Below, one piece after another: positions 1 through 12,215 of a stretch of 62,853 nucleotides of DNA. Source of the stretch: Paramecium tetraurelia (lineage: Eukaryota); NCBI GenBank assembly GCA_000165425.1, contig CT868529.1, positions 372,001 to 434,853 on the forward strand. Reading direction: 5' to 3'. The position numbers and the translations under genes are program-made. Position 1 is the stretch's first letter, and every line of letters starts with the position of its first letter. The notes under the pieces were generated by a model, which was not told the DNA's origin, did no database searches, and saw only the letters and a program-made list of their open reading frames with translations.

Positions 1-1905
1 TTGCATCACATGCAACTCCATAGATTGACATGAATAGTGATCCAACAACTAAACCTATGGCACCACATAAAAGTGAAGGTGCTTCTGGATAAGTTACATT
101 ATATTTGAACTTTTCAGTTCTTGTTATCACAATATAACAAAATAGACCTGTTAACAAGGCAATAAAACCTCTTCCTAAAGCTATAAATATTTCTCCAAAT
201 CCTCCCACTGTTGCAAATCTAAGTGGGTTTCTTGCAATCAAGAAAATTGCCTCTTTGGCTGAATGGAAGAAACCTTTGCCTGTCATATTACTAACGACAT
301 AAGCATTTTTGTTTATATATTAGACACATTTCTCGAAACACCACATACAACACATCAAGCATTTAAATAAGTATTCAAAGAACTTGTTTTTCTTAATTAA
401 TTCTTCTTGTTATTTATAAAGGAAGGCTAACCAAATTCTAATGAATTCAATGATGGCTAAAATTAATGATCCAAAAGCAACTGTTCCTAAATGATATCTA
501 AAGAATCTTCCAATAGCAGTTGGCAAAGGAATAGGACCTCCTTCTTAAGCTCTTGGTCCTTATTAGAAATACCAAATGCAGACAGAACCAGCAATAATAA
601 ATTCAACTGATGCTATGATAAATGAAGAGTTCCATAGTAAACCAAATAAGTGAATGTTGGCGAATATTTTTTAATTTTAAGTAAATGAAAACTATCCAAA
701 AGGCAATTGTTTAGGTTTGCTTGTAGTTTCCCCAGAACTGTATAAATACAATGCAACAACGAACCAATAGATGAAATAAAGAAGCATGATGAAAAAGGTT
801 ACAAATGGAAGGACAACAACTGTAAAATTGGCTTGAACATAATCGCAGGCTGTCTATTAAATAATATATATAAAATCTACCTCAAGTATGGCAATTGCAA
901 GCCGAATTCTCGAATACATACAACACACAACAAGTAATATCAATCCTGCTAAAGAAAATAATGTAATTCCTATATATAGATAGTTTTTAGGATTAACGTT
1001 CTCTGCTTATGCTTGTTCTTAAAGAGTTTGGGCATCGATTTCAGCTTGAGCTGAAGCTGGCAATTTTGAAGGATCAGTCAATGCATAGTAGTACCCAGTG
1101 GTATAGATTCCTCCAGCTATTAACACACTGAATAACAATAAGAGCAGCGTCCATATCACGCATCCAGCCAATGTTTCAATAAGGAACAAAAATATGAATC
1201 CAAGTACTAAAGATATACCAATGGAACCGAAAATAAGCCATTTAGTTGTGATCATATCATTTGATACTTTTTCCATAGTTTCAACATCAATTTTATCTTT
1301 TACTGTTTCATAATATTATTTGGTGGTTGGTAAACACACAGTTTTCATAACTTAAATAAATTTTATTTATGTACATAATTCAGTATTGTAAATTACTACG
1401 ACCTCTTCTGGATTAGTACTCAACATATTTTATTTACAACTCTTAACAATGGAATTTGGTTAACACTTTAATTCACTTGGTAATTTTGAGTTTGTTTTGG
1501 CTTCTTCCAAATGAGATATTTTAGTATGTCTGGCTGATGGTGCAGGCTCACTCTCCTCTTCTACAGACTAGATTATAACAATTACATGGACATTCAGATA
1601 CGCAGGTTGTCACATAAAGATACTTTGGATTAGTTGGGTTAGCAAAATAAATGTAGGGATAATCAGCTACATCCTCATCAACTCCACACGCCCGATCTTA
1701 ATTATTATAAAATTTTACGATCTGGATCATAAGGTTAGGCAATTCTATGAGGATCTCCATTTTTGAAAGCGTAACCACTTATGAAAAACATACCGAAAGT
1801 AAAGACAATAAAAAGCAATAGGCAAAAAATATCAGTGCATTCTCTATCGACGACTGGTCCATTTCTTAATTTTGGATCTGTTCCTTCACCCTTTTCACTA
1901 GACAT
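1..1905 (-). CDS. Choline transporter-like protein (CTL/SLC44 family); 3' end runs off the window
   Basis: Starts MSSEKGEGTDPKLRNGPVVDRECTDIFCLLLF (the CTL 'R.CTD..C' motif). Multiple TM segments, then FLRYHLGTVAFGSLI and NKNAY..SNMTGKGFFHSAKEAF. Short introns at about 854-880, 1351-1374, 1561-1585 and 1697-1718. Confidence 0.92.
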
Positions 1906-2047
1906 TAAATAATTATTGGCAAATAAAAAATATATTAATATCAAATGAGTTTTTGAAATACTAAGTAGATAATATACTTGAATCTAATTATATGTCTGAA
2001 TCAGACTATATGATTGAATTTAACTTTATGTCATAATATTCAAGCAA

Positions 2048-3050
2048 TGAATAATCAATCATCTTAACTTACAATATTTTCTAGAATGAATTTTAAATTT
2101 TTTGTTTTAAAACCTACTTTTTTTGATACTTCTGATAAACAGCAGTAAAGAAAAAAGAGACTTAAGGAGTTTTCTAATTCCTTAATCAGAAAATGATCCA
2201 AAGTATATTGCTGATAATTTAATTGCAAAATAAATAGTCTATGAACTAAAGAATTTGGGACAATTTAAATTCTCATATTTAATAAATGGCCATAATCAAA
2301 CTCAATTAGAATAACATATGATAAATATCTATAAAATTCTAGATATGATAAATCAAATTAAAAACAAATTTTTCATCAATATAAATCCTATTGAAATTAT
2401 TTTAAGACGGCCAGACTGAATTTAGAATAATTTTCCTCATTTATTTTATCTTGTTAGTTCCTACTAAATCAAAATTCAAAAGAGAATGACCACTATTTAT
2501 TATATATTCTAATTTTGAATTGAGAATTTTGGATGCTTGTTTCATTAAAGATTTCAAAGGTGATAATCGATCATTATAAATATAAATTCAGAATATAGTA
2601 TTACATCGATCTGAATGAGAAAAAAATATTCGAACTAAAAAACTAAAGAATTTTCAAAAGATGAAATTGAAAAATTCATAATAATATCCATATTTGAAGA
2701 AAGGGTTAGAAATAAAATCCAAAATTAAACCCATCCTCTTCATCTATAAATAAATCAAAATCCTAGAAAAAGATGAACTATAGGATGAAAAACTTATAAA
2801 GGTTTTATTAAACATATAAAAAAATTGATAAATTATAAAAGGCTATTAATTAGAATAGATTCTTTCTCCTGTAGATTTTTCACCATAGAATTGATTTAAT
2901 ATTTTGATTTGATTGTGAAATTCTATGAATGATGAAAAAAAGATGTGAAAAGTTGAAACAAATAGTAAAAGATTAATAAAGGTGATGAAATTGAATTAGA
3001 ATAATTATAAACTTATAATAATCATTTAAATATGTTAATATTTTTAGTTC
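2048..3050 (+). pseudogene. Decayed coding-like sequence (candidate pseudogene)
   Basis: Coding-like Glu/Lys/Ile-rich stretches broken by several TGA stops and frame changes that I could not explain by introns. The 3' ~170 nt is homologous to 12235-12391 (reverse complement). Confidence 0.4.
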
Positions 3051-3117
3051 TGAATAATGTTATATATTGTGAATATATATATATATTATTATTATAATTA
3101 TTATTATATATAATTGG

Positions 3118-3756
3118 ATGTTGGATTCTGTTTTAACAAGACATTTTAAATTTAATGATCATAAATATGATTCTAGGAAGGAGACAATGTATATTACAAA
3201 AAGAAGGAATTCTCATAATAATAGTTTTGATTTATAATCTAGTAGAGATTAATCATATGGATATTTCAATCAATAATTAAACTACGTACATTATTTAGTA
3301 TGCTAAGTGTGCAGTAGATTATTATGATGTTCCAATACCTAAATATACTCAAAAGGGATTTTCAAGTCCTGTTAAGAAACGTAAGTATATCTCCGAAAAA
3401 GAAGTAATTCATATCATTTCCATTCATAACCAAAACAAAATTGTTAAATACTTAAATTTGAAGGTTATATTTCAAGAGAATCACCTTTTAGGAATTGGAT
3501 AGGAACTATGAATAAATCTTAAGCATCAAAAATATCACAAATTTAACGAATTCATGTAATTTATATAAATATAATATAGAATTAAGTAAGAATTATAGAA
3601 AAGAACTAAAAAAGTGAATCATATCAACTTTAAGAATATTTAAATGCTGTTAATCATAGAATACAATGGAATTCACTCCCTAAAGTATTCAATTATCAAA
3701 GATGTTAAACTCCAGATATTTTAAAAGGAGCAAGGGAAAGAATTAAAAAGTTCTGA
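3118..3756 (+). CDS. Hypothetical basic protein, copy A (MLDSVLTRHFKFNDHKYDSRKETMY...); possibly frameshifted
   Basis: ATG at 3118, intron gtacattatttagtatgctaag, ends ...GARERIKKF-TGA. Has 2 extra nt near 3385-3395 relative to copy B. The middle exon structure is not resolved. Confidence 0.55.
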
Positions 3757-3929
3757 AATTAACTAATCACTCTATTTACATTGTATTTTATATAAGTACT
3801 TATTATATTTTCTAAATAATACAATTAAATATTACAAAACCTAATAGAAATTGTTTCTTATATTATTCTATTCAAAAACATATTAAGAACAATTATTTTT
3901 CTTATTAATTATCCCCATTATTTTATATA

Positions 3930-4547
3930 ATGTAGAAAATATTCAAAATAAAAGAGCCCTAAGTCAACCCTTAAGTAAAATTGTTTTATTAATAAATTAT
4001 AGAGAGCCAATGAATTTCAAATCCTTTTTTTGAGAATATAATAAGAAATTGATTAAAATAATGTTTTATATAATTTATCTCCTTTAATGGAAAATGAATA
4101 AGTAAATTACTAATTCTGGAGATTTGAATTTAGAGGCCAAGGAAATTTTGAAGGAAAATGCATTAGTGGTCTTAACTTTTTATTGATATTAATAGGTGTC
4201 TTAAAGTTGTAATCAGATCATCCAGTATCTGCTCCAGAGTTTTACTTTGATCCAATAACAACAGAATAGAGAAATGAAATCCTATAGCACTTAAATATTT
4301 ATGGAGGTAATATAGTTTATAATCATATGAAGATCACACTTTATGCATTCCATTATTCACTTATTGGAAGAAAACTACTTCTGAATATGAAATATTGTAA
4401 GCCATTGAACACATTTTTCACAATCCAAATTTTTAAGAAGGTGCTGCTCCTGCTAACCCGGGTTTCGAACACGAAACCGAAGAGAAAAAAAATTAGATTT
4501 AAAGAAGATAGGCAAAATATTTACCAGATTTTTAGAAGGAATAATGA
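3930..4547 (+). CDS. Divergent ubiquitin/UBL-conjugating enzyme (E2, UBC fold), copy A
   Basis: After removing 3 short introns: FWRFEFRGQGNFEGKCISGVLKLQSDHPVSAPEFYFDP...HLNIYGDHTLCIPLFTYWKKTTSEYEILQAIEHIFHNPNFQEGAAPANP. This follows the E2 pattern W...G..FEG...YP..PP...HPN....C....W.....IL..I..L...PN. Confidence 0.8.
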
Positions 4548-4882
4548 GTAATATTAAAAAGAATTATTAATAATTATTATTTTCATCGCTCCATAAGGAG
4601 CTAATTTTTAAATAAAGTACTTTTATAATATTTCTTAAATCAAATTAGGCTGATGAAAATAAATATATAATTGTAGTTGCATCTAAATTAATAATTAATT
4701 TTTATTGCTTTGATTATTATTCTATTTCAAATCAGATATTATCTCAACTTACTTTATATATCAATTTAGATATCTTAATTGATAGCAATATTTTCTAAAT
4801 AATTTTGAAGTTTAAGGCATTTATTTTTAAAGAGAATTTAATTAATATTTCAAATTTTAATTCCAATTAAAAAATTTTAAAC

Positions 4883-4891
4883 AAAAAAAAA
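4883..4891 (-). terminator. Pol III oligo-T terminator of tRNA-Tyr
   Basis: Run of 9 A on the + strand (T9 on -) immediately 3' of the tRNA. Confidence 0.8.
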
Positions 4892-4892
4892 C

Positions 4893-4978
4893 TCCGAAAA
4901 GGCGGATTTGAACCACCGACCTGGGGATAACTGGATTAACACTACAGTCCCTCGCTCTACCAACTGAGCTATTTTCGG
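4893..4978 (-). tRNA. tRNA-Tyr (GTA) with 13-nt intron (4929-4941)
   Basis: CCGAAAA-TA-GCTCAGTTGGTAGAGC-G-AGGGA-CT-GTA-G[TGTTAATCCAGTT]A-TCCCC-AGGTC-GGTGGTTCAAATCCGCC-TTTTCGG-A. A and B boxes are present and the intron is at the canonical 37/38 position. Confidence 0.96.
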
Positions 4979-5081
4979 ATGTTAGAAAATAGGAAGTTAT
5001 TCCACATATATATACCTTAACAAAATGATGAGAGCAAAGACACTATAATATACTTGAATTAAATAATGTTAAGATGGATGT

Positions 5082-7001
5082 TCAATCTTTATCTTTCATT
5101 TAATATAATTGAATTAATATAGAATTAACCTTCCTTTTTAACTTTTAGTAGATTATTATAATTGAAGATTTTAATTATTTGAAGTTTGTTTCATATATTT
5201 TTATCAATATCTTTTATAGATTTGAAGTATTTTTTTTTCTAATTCTCCATCATCTTTCATCAATTATTCAAATTTCTCTTTTTCATATTTCCAAACTTCT
5301 TTTTAATTTTACCTGTCTTTAATTTTCTCTTCTTTAAGTTCCTTCTCTAGTTTAGATAATATCTAAAGAATAAAAATTCAAATACTGATTTTTCAGATAT
5401 GCCCTCATATAATCGATCGTTTCTTTGTTTTTATATTTTTTGTTTTAAAAATACTATTTAATCATCATAAGAACTTTCAACTGAATCTAAGATATTCCTT
5501 GTTAGAATATTTTACTGCCTTCTGGCTTACCTGTGATCATATTTTTCATCAATTATTTATCTTTTCTCTAACTCAAAAACTATTCGGTGACTAACAACAA
5601 AATAGAATATACATTTTTTTTAGATAATTCAATTTTTCATCTCTTAATTTATGTTGCATAAACAAATGAACATTCTCAAACTAATCTTTAATTAAATCAT
5701 TCTATTTTATTTTAGTACTTGTTCTTGAGTTAACATCTTATTTTTATACATTTTGAATTTATTTAATTTATTGAAAATTTTTCAATTAATCTTTTAAGAA
5801 ATTCCTATATTAATTTTTTTGTTCATTGATATTTTCCATATTCTCAGTAGAAGGTTTTGGTTTCATTTTTTTAAAAGATTCTTTAATATTTTTCATTTAA
5901 ATGTCTATTTATTCATCAGAAGCAGGGAAATTTTAATGATTTTCTTCATGTAATATTTTTTCTTATAGAACTTTTAAGATCTCCTCTTTTTATTTTTCTA
6001 GAACATATTTTATTTTAATCGGATCATTATCATCCAATTGCTTGATATCTTTTTCATCAAATTATTATAAAAATTCATAATCTACTTCATCTTTATTTTA
6101 AGTTTCAAAATCCAAAGAATATTATGAATCTTATGAAGACTTTGTATTTTCTGAGTATTTTTCTTTTTATTTTGTAAATGACTATTATTTTTTTGGTTAA
6201 GACCTTGGTTCGTAAGGTAATTTTTTTTGAAACTTTGGGTCTTAATCTGTTGGCTTTTTTAATGAATGAGATCTAATAGGTCTTTTTTATCTTTATTGAT
6301 TACTTCCTTATTAGTTTTTCAATTAAGATGACTTTCTATCATCTTTTTTTTTAGATTATTGCTCACATGATTGATTATTTCGTTATTTTGCATTTTTATT
6401 AATTTAAAATTAATTTGATTAGATACTCGACTTTTATAAGTGATCATTATCTTCTTCTTAATAGGTTTATTTTTCATCTTGAGAATTATAGAAATACTCT
6501 AAACATCTAAGTTAATTTTTATGAATTTTACTCAGAGGGTGTAGAATTTTAACTATTTACTAAATAATCTTGTTAACTGCTGATACCGGAATTTAATGCT
6601 CTATCCTTAAAAAGTTTTGATAACTCATGCAATATTTATAAAAAATTTGATAAATGCTATAAGTCTCCTTTAACTATTTATGAACCGCGTATATGTGCTA
6701 AATTACAATTCAAAACTTAATTCGACTATGAGTAATATTTATATTTATACTAAAAACTCAATAAGCGCTTATATTTTTTTTCCTGATGAAATTGTTTCAT
6801 TTTTAATATTCTCTATTTCATCTTCTAAGGATGGAAAAAGAATTTAAAAAATAGTGCAATAATTTTCCTCATTTATAAGCTATTATCTAATAGTATGAAC
6901 CTAATTATAATTTACATATTAATTTCATTTTGAGGTTCCAAATTTAAGTTGTAAACAATTTCTTTGTATATATCAATCATTTATGAAACCTTATGCTTCA
7001 T
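5082..7001 (-). CDS. CEP95-like centrosomal coiled-coil protein (DUF5745-like N-terminus)
   Basis: IQALIEFL..QVLNCNLAHIRGSQIVKGDLQHLSNFLQILHEL resembles CEP95 'LSHITGENIVKGD...NLLEIF'. K/E/Q-rich coiled-coil C-terminus and several short introns. The 3' end is approximate. Confidence 0.65.
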
Positions 7002-7284
7002 TTATTGTAAGTTTTGAATATCAACTAGATTTTAAAATAATTATTAATAAGAATAAAGGGCTAGATGTAGTAATATTAATGTATCTTTTCAAACTTCAAT
7101 TAAAGATCACAAAGAATTGGAAGTATTAGAGCTAATTGCTTACTTATTCTTCAAAGCCTTTCTTTTTTACATAATTTTGATGGAACTTGAAGATATTGAA
7201 AAGCAAAACTCTCAAAAGAAAAAACAAACAAAGATTGTTAACAAAATTGTTCTATTGAGATTATAACCCTTTCAAAATATTATT

Positions 7285-7720
7285 TCAAATAAATAATTAA
7301 TCAATTAGGTCTTTCATTTCAATAATCTATGTTCTCAATTAAGAGCCTTCACTTTATACAATAGAGGCTGCAACAACTGGTCTGCTGATACCACAAGCTC
7401 TACCTAAACTTGCTTAGGTGGACACAAAACAATATGAAACATTCTAATTTAAATTCCTTTAATTACTTTCTCTTCGCATTTAATCGGTATGTTTGCTACT
7501 ATTTCTATAGGATCACAATCAGCTGCCAAAATCACTAATTCGCAAATGCCTTTATCAAGACTAATTTAGATGCTTAATCATACTTTTTTAAGACTTCATT
7601 AGCTCCTTTTTTTAATTGTTTATAATTTAAAGCCTAACGAAGAAGGTCTAATATTTTGGTCTATAGTTTTGCATCTGCAATTGGAGAAGGTTTAATTCTT
7701 GGGGCTTCTACTTTCTACAT
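7285..7720 (-). CDS. SNU13: 15.5K/Snu13 (NHP2L1) K-turn-binding protein
   Basis: [79 protein letters not shown]. Two short introns. Confidence 0.93.
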
Positions 7721-7745
7721 ATAAATAATTTAGTATTAAAATAAT

Positions 7746-10037
7746 TCATAATTAAAATAATTCAAATTAGTGAATTTCAGAAAGTTTAGAATGTTCACTA
7801 AATTTAGAAGTAAACCTTAGTAAATATTCTAATGTCCATTAATCAAATCTTTATTTTAAGTAGTTAATAGAGGATGGCATTAAAATTATCTAACATGTGG
7901 AAGCACCCTGATCTATACTTTCTAAATCCTTAAAAAATAGTGATTCTTATTATATAGAGCTTTGTTGGTCGGATATTATTTCACATTTTTAGAAATAATC
8001 TTAAACAATTTGGATAAGTATTTCTTATATCGAATAATCGCTCATCTAATTGACTGTATTAATCTAGAAATTCAATTTGAGTAAAATAATCAAAATTTCC
8101 TCCTTTTTTGATAAATTATCATTTAATATATATTCACTTTTAATTGATTATGATTATATAAATACTTGTAATAAGCTGCTGCCATTTATCTAATTTTTGA
8201 ATTACCTTTATGGGTTTCTTTTTCGGTTACAACAGTATTTGATTCAATGAATAACTTAGGAGCATTCATTTCATTGTTGCAGTCATATCGACTCCAATTA
8301 ACAGGTAGTAACCCTTTTGTTTCCTCATGCGAATCAATCGAACTGTCTGAATATTCGATATGATCATTATCTCCTTCCTTTAATAAAGGAGCATCTTATG
8401 TTTTAAAATAATAATTCGGCGATTTGCTCATTGTAAAGTAATTAGGTTAATTAATTTTCATAAATGAAGCATTCAATTATTTAGTTAAATTGAAGCAACA
8501 AGTATATAAGTTTTCAGGTTTATATATTTATTTACGATATTAATATAACTTATTTCTGGATTTTTGAAAATATTCAGACAAAATGTCCTTATTATTTTTC
8601 AGTATAAGTTTCCATAAACAACCATAAGATTTAGGTTTGCAACTAATGTAAAACTAGCTATATTCCAACAACAAAAAACACATTTAGATTTGATTTTATT
8701 GCATGCAAATATCAAAAACGCTTAAATTATCTATTCCTGTAACTTAAGTAATTTCAAAAGGGTGCGAGCATCTGTCATATATATCAAGTTATCCTTTATA
8801 CTACAATGCAAATTAAACTGCAGAGATAAATCCACGTTTAACTCCAATATGAAATGAACTAAAACCTTAAGCGTTTAGCATCAGAGGACAAGCACTAATT
8901 ATCTTTTGAAGACTTTACCCATAATATAAAAGAAGAGCAGCATATTTTTCTGGAAATTAAAAGCTTGGCCACTTGTTCATTAAGTAATGTAAACCTGTAT
9001 TCCCATCTTTATCCATTTCATTTGGATCAGTTCCATGTTATAAGAAGCCTTGCATCAAGTTTATCTGTTATTTAATTAATGATATTATAACTAGATTTTA
9101 CTAGAATAAAGTTATTTTTACTTAATTTAGATTAACATTTAAAGATAATAAACATTTAACACTTTAAAATTTATCCGAAAACAATGCTACTTAGATAGGA
9201 GTCTATTTCTGATAATTTTATGAATTTTTATCAACAACGTTACTGCAACCCAAAATAACCCCTAAATGCTATTTTAAAGCAGCTTGATGTATAATAGTAT
9301 TTCCATTCTCATCAGTATTTTAATAATTAAAATAATCCCCCAGAAAATGTTTTATCATATTTTAGAATGTTGCTTAATGCTCTTTCTATAGCCAATTCTA
9401 AAATTATTCCAACTATTGTCCATTTATCCTATCGTTCCAACCCAAATAAATAACCCAATCAATACTGAACTCTTTTAATTAAGAGTAGTATTTTAATTCA
9501 TATATTGGATTTCCTGTAAGCAACAAAATTTAAATTGAATGTTTCAGTAGCTAAGGAAATAGGTGTACCTGATTATATTCAATATTCAATTAAATTAATT
9601 CATCTGGCATTTATGGCAAAATACTGAGATAATTATTTGAAATATCTAAATTCTATAATTGGGGATGAAATTTATTAAACTAAAAATCACATCAGAAACA
9701 TTACATTAAATGGTAAAATTTTAAGATAATTATTTGATATATCTAATATTCTTAAATTTTATAATATCTTAAATTCATCACCATATTATCGAATGCAATT
9801 ATGCGACAAATCTAATTTAATGATCCATATATTATTCAACTTTTCTTTATTAATCTCACTTAAACCCTAGTTACTTAAATCAAGTTATTCAATCCGTTTA
9901 CAAAATACAATCTGCTTTTTATTTAATTAAGGAGAGCTTAATATCACCTCTAAATCTTTATTTTTTTAATTCAAGTGCTATTTTTTTAATGGGTTTTCAT
10001 TAAAAATTGCTAGCTTAGTGCAATTCATTTCACTCAT
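7746..10037 (-). CDS. Leucine-rich repeat plus ankyrin repeat protein
   Basis: N-terminal LRRs (IEQLDLSNQGLSEI, IIKLDLSHNCIRQ, LRILDISNNYLKILP) followed by ankyrin motifs (DENGNTIIHQAA, GTDPNEMDKDGNTGLHY, GFSSFHIGVKRG). Confidence 0.85.
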
Positions 10038-10577
10038 AAATATTATATTTTATATTATTAATTAAAATCTCATCTTTCTCAACTATAATCTATAATCAGT
10101 TGGCAATTTAATTAGAAACTGCATTTAAAATAATTAGATGATGTTCTTAAAGAAGACAATTGAAAATATAATGACTAAATAAGGTTATAAAAATAAACAT
10201 ATAATTAATCTAACTTCTAAAAATAGTATATCGCAAAATATCCGCCCCATATATACTTTCAAAAATAATATGGATATTAAGTGCTAAATATAAAACAATA
10301 TATTATAAAAACCCTTAATAAATTAATTTAATAATTTGTTAACTTATTCATAAATACTAAGGTATAAGACTTTAATCAAGATATACTATGGCTGAAATAT
10401 GTATAAAAAACTTTTGGCAATATAAATACACTTGATATAATGATTATTAATATCATAATTTTTTTGAAAAAATGTTTAAAAGTTCATCAAAATAGCTGCA
10501 ATCTAAAGTTCGATTACCTATTAGTTTCTTAAAGTGTGAAGAAAATAATAATTATTAATAATTCTTTTTAATATTAC

Positions 10578-11330
10578 TCATTATGCCTTCTAAAAATCTG
10601 GTAAATATTTTGCCTATCTTCTTTAAATCTAATTTTTTTGCTCTTCGGTTTAGGATGCGAAATTTGGGTTAGCAGGAGCATCACCTTCTTAAAAATTTGG
10701 ATTGTGAAAAATGTGTTCAATGGCTTACAATATTTCATATTCAGAAGTAGTTTTCTTCCAATAACTGAATAATGGAATGCATAAAGTGTGATCTTTATAT
10801 GATTATAAACTATATTACCTCCATAAATATTTAAGTGCTATAGGACCTCATATTTCTATTCTATGAATATTGAATCAAAGTAGAACACTGGAGGAGATAC
10901 TGGATGATCTGATTACAACTTTAAGACACCTATTAATATCAATAAAAGTTAAGACCACTAATGCATTTTCCTTCAAAATTTCCTTGGCCACTAAATTCAA
11001 ATCTCCAGAATTAGTAATTTACTTATTCATTTTCCATTTAAGGAGATAAATTATACAAAACATCATCTTATTCAATATCTTACTATACTCTCTAAAATAG
11101 GTTTTCAAATTCATTGGCTCTCTATAATTTATTAATAAAACAATTTTACTTAAGGGTTGACTTAGGGCTCTTGTTTGACTTTTATATTGCTATTTACGTT
11201 CTGCCTTTCATCTAATACAAATAGAATAGAATATTACTTGAGTTTTAAGAAGGGGGTTATTGGATTGTTGATATTATCTTAATCTTTGGATTGTTCTTTG
11301 GGAAATTAGGGTCCATCCCTTATCTATCAT
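10578..11330 (-). CDS. Divergent E2 conjugating enzyme, copy B (longer 5' region; start uncertain)
   Basis: Same three intron positions as copy A. HLNIYGDHTLCIPLFSYWKKTTSEYEILQAIEHIFHNPNFQEGDAPANP, TGA at 10578-10580. Confidence 0.75.
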
Positions 11331-11523
11331 TCAAAATAATATCTTTGATATGCAATAAATAGGGGGATTATTAATAAGAAAAATAATTGTTCTTAATATG
11401 TTTTTGAATAGAATAATATAAGAAACAATTTCTATTAGGTCCCGTAATAACAAATTGTAACATTCAGAAAATATAATAAGTACTTATATATAAATACAAT
11501 GTAAATAGAGTGATTAGTTAATT

Positions 11524-12160
11524 TCAGAACTTTTTAATTCTTTCCCTTGCTCCTCTTAAAATATCTGGAGTTTAACATTTTTGATAATTGAATACTTTAG
11601 GGAGTGAATTCCATTGGATTCTATGATTAACAGCATTTAAATATTCTTAAAGTTGATATGATTCACTTTTTTAATCCTTTTCTATAATTCTCACACAATT
11701 CTATATCACATTTATATAAATTACATGAATTCGTTAAATTTGTGATATTTTTGATGCTTAAGATTTATTCATAGTTCCTATCCAATTCCTAAAAGGTGAT
11801 TCTCTTGAAATATAACCTTCAAATTTAAGTATTTAACAATTTTGTTTTGGTTATGAATGGAAATGATATGAATTACTTCTTTTTGGAGATTACTTACGTT
11901 TCTTAACAGGACTTGAAAATCTCTTTTGAGTATATTTAGGTATTGGAACATCATAATAATCTACTGCACACTTAGCATACTAAATAATGTACGTAGTTTA
12001 ATTATTGATTGAAATATCCATATGATTAATCTCTACTAGATTATAAATCAAAACTATTATTATGAGAATTCCTTCTTTTTGTAATATACATTGTCTCCTT
12101 CCTAGAATCATATTTATGATCATTAAATTTAAAATGTCTTGTTAAAACAGAATCCAACAT
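11524..12160 (-). CDS. Hypothetical basic protein, copy B
   Basis: Near-identical to 3118-3756: MLDSVLTRHFKFNDHKY... to ...GARERIKKF-TGA. Confidence 0.6.
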
Positions 12161-12165
12161 CCAAT

Positions 12166-12170
<5 letters not shown>

Positions 12171-12214
<44 letters not shown>
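12171..12214. repeat. (ATA)n microsatellite, ~14 units
   Basis: Pure ataataata... tract directly upstream of the copy-B ATG, followed by (TA)n. Confidence 0.95.

Positions 12215-12215
<1 letters not shown>

Larger units (their letters stand above)
2872..4575 (+). repeat. Left arm of inverted segmental duplication
   Basis: Reverse-complement match to about 10548-12391. Example: 3115 tggatgttggattctgttttaacaagac matches the reverse complement of about 12136-12163. Non-coding DNA is included. Confidence 0.95.

Noticed and set aside
4327..4551. ORF-track 74-aa peptide MKITLYAF...
   Set aside because: It is an alternative frame of the last E2 exon and begins inside an intron.
10100..10545. Short + strand ORF from 10171
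   Set aside because: Very AT-rich with no motif. Such ORFs arise by chance when TGA is the only stop.
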